Positions 1 through 8,734 of a DNA stretch of 64,000 nucleotides are shown here, piece by piece. This DNA is from a bacterium (GTDB lineage: Bacteria > Bacteroidota > Ignavibacteria > Kapaibacteriales > UBA2268). Position numbers and translations under genes: made by a program. The stretch lies in the NCBI GenBank assembly GCA_024711295.1, contig JANJTB010000002.1, positions 78,223 through 142,222 on the forward strand, in the 5' to 3' direction. Position 1 is the stretch's first letter; every line of letters begins with the position of its first letter. The notes below the pieces were generated by a model, which saw only the letters and a list, made by a program, of their open reading frames with translations, was not told the origin of the DNA and searched no databases.

Positions 1-302
1 CAATCCTAATTTTTCTTTCAATTACACTATTGTTATTGTCATATACAAGTAAATAACAATAATCGTATGTTATTATGCAAGCTGGCCCAGGTATATTATC
101 TGGCGGACACATTATTGTTATTGTAGTTGTTGATATTGGTATGCAATTATCGAGGAAGGATTGTCCAAAACAATTTTCATTTTGAGCTAGAGCGCTTTCA
201 CTTATACTAAATGTCATAATTAAAATTAAAGCTAGTGATACTTTTAAGCTCTGATGCTCTGATGCTCTGATGCTCTGTAGCGAAGTACTTTTTAAAATAC
301 AT
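1..302 (-). CDS. Cys-rich secreted protein, 5' part only; currently out of frame at an 8-bp tandem repeat (candidate phase-variable gene, OFF state)
   Basis: GGAGG RBS (307-311) and ATG at 302. That frame stops at TAG 209-207 after 31 aa. A second frame from 247 reads LKVSLALILIMTFSISESALA-QNENCFGQSFLDNCIP...CPPDNIPGPACIITYDYCY and stays open to the window edge. Not in the ORF track. Confidence 0.7.
248..277. repeat. Simple sequence repeat (GCTCTGAT)x3 + GCTCTG; CAGAGCAT on the coding strand
   Basis: Read directly from the sequence; lies within the first ~20 codons of the gene at 1..302. Confidence 0.95.
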
Positions 303-632
303 AATTCCTCCAAAGTAAGTTTAATAAAAATCTATTTTCCCCTTTTAAAAGGGTAAAAAAAACTTTTTCAACATATCCACAAAGAACACACCCCAAATTA
401 AGAAATATTTATTATATTTCCAAGTATAATTTCATATCTATAAAAATATTCCAACTCCTAAGCAAGTAAATATCAGTACTTTTCTTTAATTATTTGGCTG
501 ACTCATTTGTTTGGATAATTGCAAATAATTAGTTTTAATTGTAATGATTTTATTAATAATTTTCAAGTAGCTTCTGATAAGTTATGTAAATGGCATTTTG
601 TTAAATTATAAGTGTTTAGGTGTAGTTAATAC

Positions 633-659
633 AAAAAAAGGCGAATAGAAATTCGCCTT
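633..659 (-). terminator. Intrinsic terminator after gpmA
   Basis: Stem AAGGCGAAT/ATTCGCCTT with a U-tract on the minus strand. Confidence 0.7.
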
Positions 660-680
660 ATCATTAATTTAGTTTCAAAG

Positions 681-1427
681 TTATTTTGCTTTACCCTGAT
701 TGGCAACAGCTTCCATAGCTTTTTTGATTTCGTCTTCATCACCTAAGAAATACCTTTTAATTGGCTTTAAGTTCTCATCTAATTCATAAACCATAGGTAC
801 ACCTGTTGGCATGTTAAAATTAAGGATTTCATCTTCGCTCATGTTGTCGAGGTGTTTGATTAAAGCCCTAAGTGAATTACCATGAGCTGCAATTATTACT
901 TTTTTCCCTGATTTAATATCAGGTACGATAGTTTCATTCCATAGAGGCATGACTCTATCAACCGTATCAGCAAGGCATTCACCCTTTGGTAATAATGATT
1001 TTTCGATATTCTGATATTTAATGTCATTTCCGGGAAAATGTACGTGAGTATCATCAACAAATGGTGGAGGTGTAGAGTAACTTCTACGCCAAATTTTTAC
1101 CTGATCTTCGCCATATTTCTGAGCAGTTTCGGATTTGTTAAGACCTTGCAGGGCACCATAATGGCGTTCGTTTAATCTCCAACTGCGAATCACAGGAATC
1201 CATAACAAGTCAAGATTATCAAGAACGATCCACAAGGTGCGAATTGCTCTTTTCAAGACAGAAGTGTAGGCAACATCAAAAGTAAGCCCTGCATTCCTAA
1301 TTGCTTCAGCTGCTTTGGCTGCTTCGTTCAATCCTTTTGTTGACAAATCAACATCAACCCAACCTGTGAATCTATTCTCTTGATTCCATGTACTTTCGCC
1401 GTGTCTAACTATAACTAACTTATACAT
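681..1427 (-). CDS. gpmA: 2,3-bisphosphoglycerate-dependent phosphoglycerate mutase
   Basis: [31 protein letters not shown] motifs; 248 aa. Confidence 0.97.
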   Translation of the reverse strand: MYKLVIVRHGESTWNQENRFTGWVDVDLSTKGLNEAAKAAEAIRNAGLTFDVAYTSVLKRAIRTLWIVLDNLDLLWIPVIRSWRLNERHYGALQGLNKSETAQKYGEDQVKIWRRSYSTPPPFVDDTHVHFPGNDIKYQNIEKSLLPKGECLADTVDRVMPLWNETIVPDIKSGKKVIIAAHGNSLRALIKHLDNMSEDEILNFNMPTGVPMVYELDENLKPIKRYFLGDEDEIKKAMEAVANQGKAK

Positions 1428-1446
1428 CTTTCTTTTTCCTATTATT

Positions 1447-2208
1447 TTAATTTTTATTTATAAAATTATAATATTCTGCAGCTCTGTTTAGTTCATCAAC
1501 AGTATTGATACCCTGTAACTCATCGAAGGGTGCTGCATTAATTCCATAGACTGATTTACCAATATTTTTCAATATTTCGATTATATCTGTAAGATAATAT
1601 TCTTTTTGTGCATTATTATTTGTAATCATTTCTAGTGAGCTATATAATAAACTTGCTTTAATCATATAAATACCGCTATTGATTTCATTTATATTTAGAA
1701 TCTGTTCATCAGCATCTTTATGCTCAACAATTTTCATAAAATTTTGATCTGTATCTCTTACAATTCTACCATATCCGGAGGGATTAGGAGCAAAAGTTGT
1801 CAAGACAGAAATTTCAGATTTTACTTCATTATGAATGTTTATGAACTTCTTTAATGACTCGTGCTTAAGTAAAGGTACATCACCTGCAAGAATCAATACA
1901 TCACCATCGAAATCTTTGAGTAGATTATATGTTTGCATCACAGCATGGCCGGTACCGAGTTGTTCGTCCTGTGAAGTAAAATCAACACCCCCGAATTCGG
2001 AGTCCTTAATATAATTAATTACAAGTTCTTTTTGGTGCCCAACAACCAAAACCTTTTTCTGAGGATTAAGTTTTTCTACTTGATTTAAAACAAACGAGAT
2101 TAAGGGTTTTCCATTAATTTCAGCTAATACTTTTGGCAAATCAGGATTATTCATCCTTTTCCCTTTGCCGGCAGCAAGTATTATTACTGCAAACTTATTT
2201 TTTTCCAT
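1447..2208 (-). CDS. Sugar-phosphate nucleotidyltransferase (stand-alone GlmU N-terminal uridyltransferase-like domain)
   Basis: [41 protein letters not shown]; no hexapeptide acetyltransferase domain. Confidence 0.88.
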   Translation of the reverse strand: MEKNKFAVIILAAGKGKRMNNPDLPKVLAEINGKPLISFVLNQVEKLNPQKKVLVVGHQKELVINYIKDSEFGGVDFTSQDEQLGTGHAVMQTYNLLKDFDGDVLILAGDVPLLKHESLKKFINIHNEVKSEISVLTTFAPNPSGYGRIVRDTDQNFMKIVEHKDADEQILNINEINSGIYMIKASLLYSSLEMITNNNAQKEYYLTDIIEILKNIGKSVYGINAAPFDELQGINTVDELNRAAEYYNFINKN

Positions 2209-2584
2209 TATTAGTAGCTTGTATTGAATCAGTGATAGATTTAATTTTATTTTTGGAGTCTAACAAAACAACAGTCGGCAAATGCTCGTCAATTTTATCA
2301 TTATCAACCATACAGTAACTCATGATTATAATTTTGTCACCAACAGCACCCTTACGTGCAGCTGCACCATTCAGGCAAATAGTTCCCGTACCACGTTCAC
2401 CAGTGATAACATAAGTTTCGAAGCGTTCACCATTATTAATATTAACAACAGAAACTTTTTCATAATGCTTAAGGTCTGCTGCTTCCATCAACTCTTCATC
2501 AATGGTCAGGCTACCTTCGTAATAAAGCTCTGCCTGAGTAATAGTTGCCTGATGAAGCTTAGATTTAAGGAAATTTCTTAGCAC
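2195..2584 (-). CDS. panD: Aspartate 1-decarboxylase
   Basis: KSKLHQATIT, YEG/SLTID self-cleavage site, NGERFETYVI, NGAAAR; GTG start. Confidence 0.96.
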   Translation of the reverse strand: MLRNFLKSKLHQATITQAELYYEGSLTIDEELMEAADLKHYEKVSVVNINNGERFETYVITGERGTGTICLNGAAARKGAVGDKIIIMSYCMVDNDKIDEHLPTVVLLDSKNKIKSITDSIQATNNGKK

Positions 2585-2668
2585 CGGATTTTCCTGGAAT
2601 CAATGATAAATAAACAATTTTAGTTAAGACGAGTTTTAATAAAATTTATTAATTTTAGTGTAATACTT

Positions 2669-4012
2669 TTATTGATTAGTCAGTGTAATGATTTTTTCTG
2701 CAACCCTTTTACCGCTAAAAGCACCACTTTCAATCGTTGCCGGTAAGCCGGTATCAGTCCAATCACCGGCGATAAAAAAATTATTTAAAGAGGTTTCTGC
2801 CTTAGGTCTCAATTTTTCGTTTTCTACAGTTTGTCTGAATGTTGCAAATTTCTCAGTTATAATCCTATAATGAAGCAAATGACTTTTATCAAAATTCGGG
2901 AATAACTTAATTAATTCTTCTGTCATTAAACCAATAAGCTTTTCATGAGCCATACCAACATACTTACTTGCCGCACTTATTGTAATTGAATAAGAGTATG
3001 AAAACTTGTATTCATACTCTTTGTTCAAAATCTTTCTTCTATTAAAAATCCATTGAATATCAGAATTTAAAACAGATACAAAATCAACATCAAACAATTC
3101 TATATCCAACCAAATATAAACTGAAATAATTGGTGAATAGGAAAATTTGGACAAATACTTGAAATTTACATTATCATCATCAAACATCTTACTTAAAGAA
3201 AACGCCTGAACTGAAGATACATAATAATCTGCTTTTAAGATAGCATCATTATTCAAAAAGATGCCCGTTACTTGACTTCTATCAATTAAAAGTTTGCTAA
3301 CTTTATTTGAATATTGAATTACACCACCTAATTCAATAATTTTATTTTCAATAATTTTTAGCAAATGTGGAAAATCATACTTCGGAAAAGCCAACCTGGA
3401 ATTATCTGTATCTTCGATAAATGCTTTCTTTAAAATATTTATTAAAATTTTTGCCGAAGCATCTTTAAGCTCTGTGTTCATTGTAGCTATAATGAATGGC
3501 TCCCAGAATCTTGAGATTGCATCATCATATTGATTGTGTATTTTTAAAAACTCATAACAAGTATTGCTAATACTACTGTTTTCAATATGTGAAATTTTTA
3601 GTAAAAGTTTGATTATTGCAATTTTGGATTTGAAACTAATACCTTTTAAATTGAGAAAGCCAGCTAACTGCCCGGCTTTCCCTGGTAAATATCCACAGTT
3701 AAGAAGTGATGCAGCCCCTAATGTATCTAAATAATTAACTCTTAAAGATTTCTGAATCTTTATGAACTCAGTTAATTTTTCTCTACCTAAGATTTCAAAA
3801 AAGGTATGATAAGCAGTCATCAGAGCATGCTGCCCATTGTCAATAGTTTCCTGAGATATAGAATCAAAAAGGGCAGTAAGCCTGCCCCCTATTGAATTTG
3901 TTGCTTCTACAACAGTAACGTTCAAACCATTTTTTGTCAAATAGTATGCAGCAGATAAACCTGATATACCAGCACCTATTATGACAACTGATTTCTTATT
4001 ATCTGTTACCAC
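2669..4012 (-). CDS. FAD-dependent oxidoreductase, HpnE/hydroxysqualene dehydroxylase-like
   Basis: IIGAGISGLSAA, DNGQH, AGDWTDTGLPATIESG. Start moved to GTG 4012, which overlaps the pnp stop; the track start 4141 lies deep inside pnp. Confidence 0.75.
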   Translation of the reverse strand: MVTDNKKSVVIIGAGISGLSAAYYLTKNGLNVTVVEATNSIGGRLTALFDSISQETIDNGQHALMTAYHTFFEILGREKLTEFIKIQKSLRVNYLDTLGAASLLNCGYLPGKAGQLAGFLNLKGISFKSKIAIIKLLLKISHIENSSISNTCYEFLKIHNQYDDAISRFWEPFIIATMNTELKDASAKILINILKKAFIEDTDNSRLAFPKYDFPHLLKIIENKIIELGGVIQYSNKVSKLLIDRSQVTGIFLNNDAILKADYYVSSVQAFSLSKMFDDDNVNFKYLSKFSYSPIISVYIWLDIELFDVDFVSVLNSDIQWIFNRRKILNKEYEYKFSYSYSITISAASKYVGMAHEKLIGLMTEELIKLFPNFDKSHLLHYRIITEKFATFRQTVENEKLRPKAETSLNNFFIAGDWTDTGLPATIESGAFSGKRVAEKIITLTNQ

Positions 4013-6188
4013 GGTGATGGTCCCTACTTCTACCTCTATTATCGCCATCATTGTTACGTGGTTTTTCATCAGGCAGGTGAGCAGGTTTTTCCAGTAATGC
4101 TTTTCTGGAAAGGCGATATTTTCCATCCTTTGAGATTTCAATGAGTTTTACCTCAACCTTGTCACCAACACTTAAAATGTCACCAACATTCTCAGTTCTT
4201 TCATGAGCAATTTGTGATATATGAAGCAATCCCTGAGTCTTTGGCAGGAATTCAACAAAAGCACCTAATCCTTCACGAATCTCTTTAATTTTGCCGGTAT
4301 AAATCTCACCTTCCTGAGGCTTGGCTGTAAGTCCGTTTATAACAGCAATTGCCTGGTCACTTGCTTCTTTGGTAGTAGCAGCGACAAGTACAGTACCATC
4401 ATCTTCGATATTTATCTCAACGTTATAATCTTTACAAATTCCGCGAATAGTTTCACCACCCTGTCCAATAACGGCACCGATAGTATCCTGTGGAATTTTT
4501 ATAGAAGTAAATCGTGGAGCAAACTGTGAAATGTCTTCTCTTGGTTGGTCTATAGTTTGATTCATAATTTCAAGAATATGTAATCTACCAACACGAGCTT
4601 GTTCGAGTGCAATTGACATGATATCTGTAGATAGACCTTCAATTTTTATGTCCATTTGGCAGGCAGTAATACCATCAACTGTACCTGTGACTTTGAAGTC
4701 CATATCACCAAGAAAATCTTCATCTCCCAGAATATCACTCAATACAGCTACTCTTTCATCCTCTTTAATCAAGCCCATAGCTATACCTGCTACAGGTTTT
4801 TTGAGAGGAACGCCTGCATCGAACATTGATAATGTACCAGCACATACTGTTGCCATCGAGGAGGAACCATTAGATTCTAAAATATCAGATACAATTCTCA
4901 TAGTATAAGGAAAGTCTGATGCTTCAGGTATCATACCTTTGAGTGCTCTCCATGCAAGGTTTCCGTGCCCTACTTCTCTTCTGCTGACTCCCATTCTACC
5001 AACTTCACCTGTTGAGAATGGCGGAAAATTATAATGAAGGAGAAATCTTTCGGTGTACATTGGCTGAAGACCTTCAATCATTTGTTCGTCTCGGTTAGTT
5101 CCAAGAGTAAGTGATGTTAAGCTTTGGGTTTCGCCTCTGGTAAATAGTGCCGAACCGTGACTACGTGGAAGTAATCCAACTTCGCAGGATATAGGTCTTA
5201 TTTGAGTTGTATTTCGACCATCCAGTCGAACACCATCATCGAGAATCATATTTCTCATATAAGATTTTTCCAACTTGCTAACATATGTAGAAGTAATTTT
5301 CTCGAGTTTGCCTTCCCATTCTTCAACTTCTCCAAATATTTCAATTACTTTAGCAAGTGCTTTTTCAAAAATATTTGCTCTTTGTTCTCTTCTTTGCTCT
5401 TTATTTGTTACAGTATGGACGTAGGCATGCAATTCTTCATGAATTTCTTTTTTAATGATTTCGTCAATACCTTCTGGTACAACATCAATTATCAATTCTC
5501 GTTTGACAGGCATACCTTCTTCGAGGAGCATTTTCTGCAAAGAGTTAAGCTCTTTTATTTTGTTATGTCCAAATTCCAAAGCAGCAATAAAATCCTGCTC
5601 TGAGATTTCTTTAGACTCACCTTCAACCATCAAAATTGCATTGTCGCTACCGGCAATTGTAATATCAATATCAGAATTTTTTAACAAATCATAACTTGGA
5701 TTAACAACAAATTCACCTTCAATTCTTCCAACTCTAACTTCTGAAATAGGACCGTTGAACGGAATATCTGAAATAAGTAATGCTGCTGAAGCACCAACAG
5801 CACCAAGAGTATCAGGGTCAACAGTAGGATCTGCAGAAAAAACATTCGCAATAATTTGTGTTTCGTAAGTCCACCCTTTTGGAATTAATGGCCTGATTGG
5901 TCTGTCAATAAGTCTGGCAGATAATACTTCTTTGTCGGTTGGTCTGCCTTCTCTTTTAAGAAAACCGCCAGGAATTTTACCTACGGCAGAGGTCTTTTCA
6001 CGATATTCAACCTGGAGTGGAAGAAAATCAATATCAGGTTTAGGCGTTTCTGATGCAACAGCAGTAACCAATACCATTGTATCTTCGCATTTAACCATTA
6101 CAGCACCATTTGCAAACTTTGCAAATTTACCGACTTCAAGAGAGTACTCTTTACCTTCGAAATTTATTGATACTTTCTTATGATTCAT
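3999..6188 (-). CDS. pnp: Polyribonucleotide nucleotidyltransferase (PNPase)
   Basis: Two RNase PH domains (HGSALFTRGETQ, ESNGSSSMATVC, GDMDFKV) plus KH and S1; follows rpsO. Confidence 0.98.
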   Translation of the reverse strand: MNHKKVSINFEGKEYSLEVGKFAKFANGAVMVKCEDTMVLVTAVASETPKPDIDFLPLQVEYREKTSAVGKIPGGFLKREGRPTDKEVLSARLIDRPIRPLIPKGWTYETQIIANVFSADPTVDPDTLGAVGASAALLISDIPFNGPISEVRVGRIEGEFVVNPSYDLLKNSDIDITIAGSDNAILMVEGESKEISEQDFIAALEFGHNKIKELNSLQKMLLEEGMPVKRELIIDVVPEGIDEIIKKEIHEELHAYVHTVTNKEQRREQRANIFEKALAKVIEIFGEVEEWEGKLEKITSTYVSKLEKSYMRNMILDDGVRLDGRNTTQIRPISCEVGLLPRSHGSALFTRGETQSLTSLTLGTNRDEQMIEGLQPMYTERFLLHYNFPPFSTGEVGRMGVSRREVGHGNLAWRALKGMIPEASDFPYTMRIVSDILESNGSSSMATVCAGTLSMFDAGVPLKKPVAGIAMGLIKEDERVAVLSDILGDEDFLGDMDFKVTGTVDGITACQMDIKIEGLSTDIMSIALEQARVGRLHILEIMNQTIDQPREDISQFAPRFTSIKIPQDTIGAVIGQGGETIRGICKDYNVEINIEDDGTVLVAATTKEASDQAIAVINGLTAKPQEGEIYTGKIKEIREGLGAFVEFLPKTQGLLHISQIAHERTENVGDILSVGDKVEVKLIEISKDGKYRLSRKALLEKPAHLPDEKPRNNDGDNRGRSRDHHRGNR

Positions 6189-6215
6189 AATTAATCAACT
6201 TCTTTGATTTTAAAT

Positions 6216-6240
6216 AAAAAAAACGGCGTCTTAAACGCCG
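6216..6240 (-). terminator. Terminator hairpin between rpsO and pnp
   Basis: CGGCGT/ACGCCG stem followed by a U-tract on the minus strand. Confidence 0.6.
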
Positions 6241-6267
6241 CTTGTTCCAAAATTAATATTTTAAGAA

Positions 6268-6534
6268 TTACTTTCTTAAAGATAATGCAGCTATCACCTG
6301 ACGATAGCGTTCAATATCATTATTAGCAAGATAACTGAGCAACCTGCGTCTTTTCGAAACAAGCTTAATGAGACCTCTACGGCTGTGGTGATCTTTCTTA
6401 TGCATATCAAGATGACCTGTTAGGTGGTTTATTCTTGTAGTAAGCATAGAAATCTGCACTTCAGGCCTGCCGGTATCTGCATTATTTTGGCCGAAATTTT
6501 TGATTGCTTCTAATTTTTGCTCTTTAGTAATCAT
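6268..6534 (-). CDS. rpsO: 30S ribosomal protein S15
   Basis: [20 protein letters not shown], ends LRK. Confidence 0.98.
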   Translation of the reverse strand: MITKEQKLEAIKNFGQNNADTGRPEVQISMLTTRINHLTGHLDMHKKDHHSRRGLIKLVSKRRRLLSYLANNDIERYRQVIAALSLRK

Positions 6535-6620
6535 TTACTACTCCGTTTAAACAAAATCTGTATTTTTACGAAATATAAAAATACGAATATTTTTCGATAA
6601 TACCAAAATTTTTAGCTAAT

Positions 6621-6776
6621 TTAACTGTTTTTATTCAAAATAATTAATGCTCCAATAACACCTGGAATCCAACCTGCTAAAGTAAGCAAAAATACTATCA
6701 CAATTGAACCACACCCTTTATCCAAAACTGCAAGTGGTGGACATATTACACTTAATATTACTCTGAATAAACTCAT
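6621..6776 (-). CDS. YqaE/Pmp3-family small membrane protein (51 aa)
   Basis: Translated by hand: MSLFRVILSVICPPLAVLDKGCGSIVIVFLLTLAGWIPGVIGALIILNKNS (PPLAV and GWIPGV motifs); below the ORF-track cutoff. Confidence 0.85.
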   Translation of the reverse strand: MSLFRVILSVICPPLAVLDKGCGSIVIVFLLTLAGWIPGVIGALIILNKNS

Positions 6777-6956
6777 AAATTATTGACTTTTCTTTGCTTT
6801 ATTTATTTGATAATATTACGTATTAATAATGATTTAGTTTCAATAAACAGTTCATTCAAAGAAACAAAAATAAAGTTGATTAAGAATAAATTAAAAATAA
6901 TTTGCAAATTATTAAGTCTTAGATTTGTTGTTAAGAAAATGTAAGTTGTTTTTTAA

Positions 6957-7559
6957 ATGGAAAAAATTCAGTTATTAGTATTAGGCTTATCAGCATCACC
7001 TGCAAGCAATAATGCTTACGCATTAATATTAAAAGAAGTGGATGGTGATAGAAGATTACCGATTATTATTGGCTCTTTCGAAGCACAGGCTATTGCTCTA
7101 GAGATGGAAGGAGTAGTCCCGCCACGTCCAATGACACACGATTTAGTTCGAAATATCATAGATCAATTTGATATATCTTTATCCGAGGTATTTATCAATG
7201 ATATGGTTGATGGTACTTTTTATGCAAAATTGATTTTCGAAACACTGGATATCGAAATTGATTGTCGCCCAAGTGATGCTATAGCAATTGCAGTCAGATG
7301 CAGCGTTCCAATATACGTATCTTCTGATATTCTTGATGAGACAGGTGTTGTACCACAAGACGAGATTCCGGATGAAGCAAGTTTTGGAAATGAAGGTGAT
7401 ACTCAATATTTCAAAAAAGAAGATAAATCAAAAAAGACTTCTGGTAAAAATAAGCTTGAATCAATTCAACTTGAGCTTGAAAAAGCAATACGGGAAGAAA
7501 ACTATGAGTTAGCTGCATCGCTTAGAGATGAGTTAAAGAAATTTTCGGAATATCAATAG
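6957..7559 (+). CDS. Bifunctional nuclease (DUF151) family protein with C-terminal UVR domain
   Basis: RRLPIIIG.FEAQAIA, PRPMTHDL, DCRPSDAIAIA; tail EKAIREENYELAASLRDE. Confidence 0.9.
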   Translation: MEKIQLLVLGLSASPASNNAYALILKEVDGDRRLPIIIGSFEAQAIALEMEGVVPPRPMTHDLVRNIIDQFDISLSEVFINDMVDGTFYAKLIFETLDIEIDCRPSDAIAIAVRCSVPIYVSSDILDETGVVPQDEIPDEASFGNEGDTQYFKKEDKSKKTSGKNKLESIQLELEKAIREENYELAASLRDELKKFSEYQ

Positions 7560-7566
7560 TAGATTA

Positions 7567-8301
7567 ATGAATATCAACACCAAAGTTAAAATCTTTGTGA
7601 AAGATTTTTTCCCTCAACTTAGTTATAAGTATTTGGGATATAAAAATCCACATTATATACAAAGAGTTAAAGTTATTAATCATTTGGGTATAAATGTTTT
7701 CTTTGATATCGGAGCAAATATTGGTCATTATGCCCATTCTCTCAGGAACTTTGGGTATAAAGGCAAAATAGTTTCATTCGAGCCGATGAATGCAGAATTT
7801 CAAGTGTTAACGAACAGAGCTGTTTCTGATGAAAATTGGCTAACATGTAATTATGGCTTTGGAAACAGCGATGAGGAACTCGACATAAATATTTCGAAAA
7901 ACTCTGTAAGCTCTTCCCTATTGAAAGTAAATTCTGAGCTAACAGAAATTGTGCCGGAAACTGCATACATCGGAACAGAAAAAGTAAAGATTTATAAAAT
8001 TGATTCAATAATTGATGATTTCATTGATGAGAAATCTAAGTTATTTATTAAAATTGATGCTCAAGGATACGAATCAGAGATTATTAAAGGTGCCACAAAC
8101 TCATTAAACAAAATTATTGGATTCAAACTTGAATTACCTTTTTTTGAATTATACAATACTGAGAAAACCTTTTTAGAACTTGTTAATTTTATGGATTCTA
8201 TAGGTTTTAGGTTGATTTACATCGAACCAGGTTGGAATAATCCAATCACAGGCTTTAGTATTGAGGCTGATGGAATTTTTGTGAAGAAGGAAATTTTGTA
8301 G
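7567..8301 (+). CDS. FkbM-family SAM-dependent methyltransferase
   Basis: FDIGANIG, SFEP, FIKIDAQGYE. Confidence 0.88.
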   Translation: MNINTKVKIFVKDFFPQLSYKYLGYKNPHYIQRVKVINHLGINVFFDIGANIGHYAHSLRNFGYKGKIVSFEPMNAEFQVLTNRAVSDENWLTCNYGFGNSDEELDINISKNSVSSSLLKVNSELTEIVPETAYIGTEKVKIYKIDSIIDDFIDEKSKLFIKIDAQGYESEIIKGATNSLNKIIGFKLELPFFELYNTEKTFLELVNFMDSIGFRLIYIEPGWNNPITGFSIEADGIFVKKEIL

Positions 8302-8310
8302 CTTTTTTAT

Positions 8311-8341
8311 TTTGCTAAAACAAAAAAATATATTATTTTTG
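8311..8341 (+). promoter_or_regulatory. Bacteroidota-type housekeeping promoter for tRNA-Met
   Basis: TTTG (8311) - 19 nt - TATTTTTG (8334-8341), matching the TTTG/TAnnTTTG consensus. Confidence 0.6.
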
Positions 8342-8355
8342 TAATCTGTTTTTTT

Positions 8356-8429
8356 GCCGGGGTAGCTCAGGTGGTTAGAGCAACGGAATCATAATCCGTG
8401 TGTCGGGGGTTCAAATCCCTCTCCCGGTA
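8356..8429 (+). tRNA. tRNA-Met (CAT), elongator type
   Basis: Cloverleaf: acceptor GCCGGGG/TCCCGGT, anticodon arm ACGGA-ATCATAA-TCCGT, T-loop TTCAAAT; CCA not encoded. Confidence 0.93.
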
Positions 8430-8440
8430 CTCAAAAACGC

Positions 8441-8580
8441 GAAAGGCTGTGAAATCAATCACAGCCTTTCTTCGTTATTATTGGTGAATTCATATAGACC
8501 TTCATAGTTCAAAAATCCATACACTCATTATCCACAAATTTCCACTGTTTTTCAATACTTTTTGGATACAAATTGGACAA
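8441..8580 (+). repeat. tRNA-3'-linked conserved non-coding element, copy A (putative integrase att-arm remnant)
   Basis: 121/140 nt ungapped identity to the reverse complement of 33141-33280. Contains hairpin AAGGCTGTGA-N6-TCACAGCCTT and repeats TCCAC-N5-TCCAC and TTGGATACAAATTGGACA. Confidence 0.85.
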
Positions 8581-8646
8581 AAGAATTATAAAGTTGATCT
8601 AATGCTAGACTCAATAAAAAATTAACAGATAAACATCATGAAGATT

Positions 8647-8706
8647 GTTCAAATCTATCTACCGACACTAAAAAAAACGAAAGGCTGTGAAATGAATCAC
8701 AGCCTT
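8647..8706 (+). repeat. Degenerate direct repeat of the tRNA-Met 3' end plus hairpin (attR-like)
   Basis: 51/60 nt ungapped identity to 8409-8468 (GTTCAAATC...AAGGCTGTGAAAT.AATCACAGCCTT). The hairpin may also terminate the convergent gene. Confidence 0.8.
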
Positions 8707-8734
8707 CTAAATACATATAAATTGAATTATACTA

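Noticed and set aside
248..277. Tandem repeat as a CRISPR fragment
   Set aside because: 8-bp units with no spacers and no cas genes; it is a simple sequence repeat.
4013..4141. N-terminal extension of the HpnE-like ORF given in the track
   Set aside because: Lies inside the pnp coding region; the FAD-binding motif begins just after GTG 4012.
8441..8706. Repeated AAGGCTGTGA hairpins as a CRISPR array or IS terminal inverted repeats
   Set aside because: Only two copies here, 238 bp apart, each preceded by tRNA-3'-end sequence; no transposase or cas gene; better explained as an att-like duplication.
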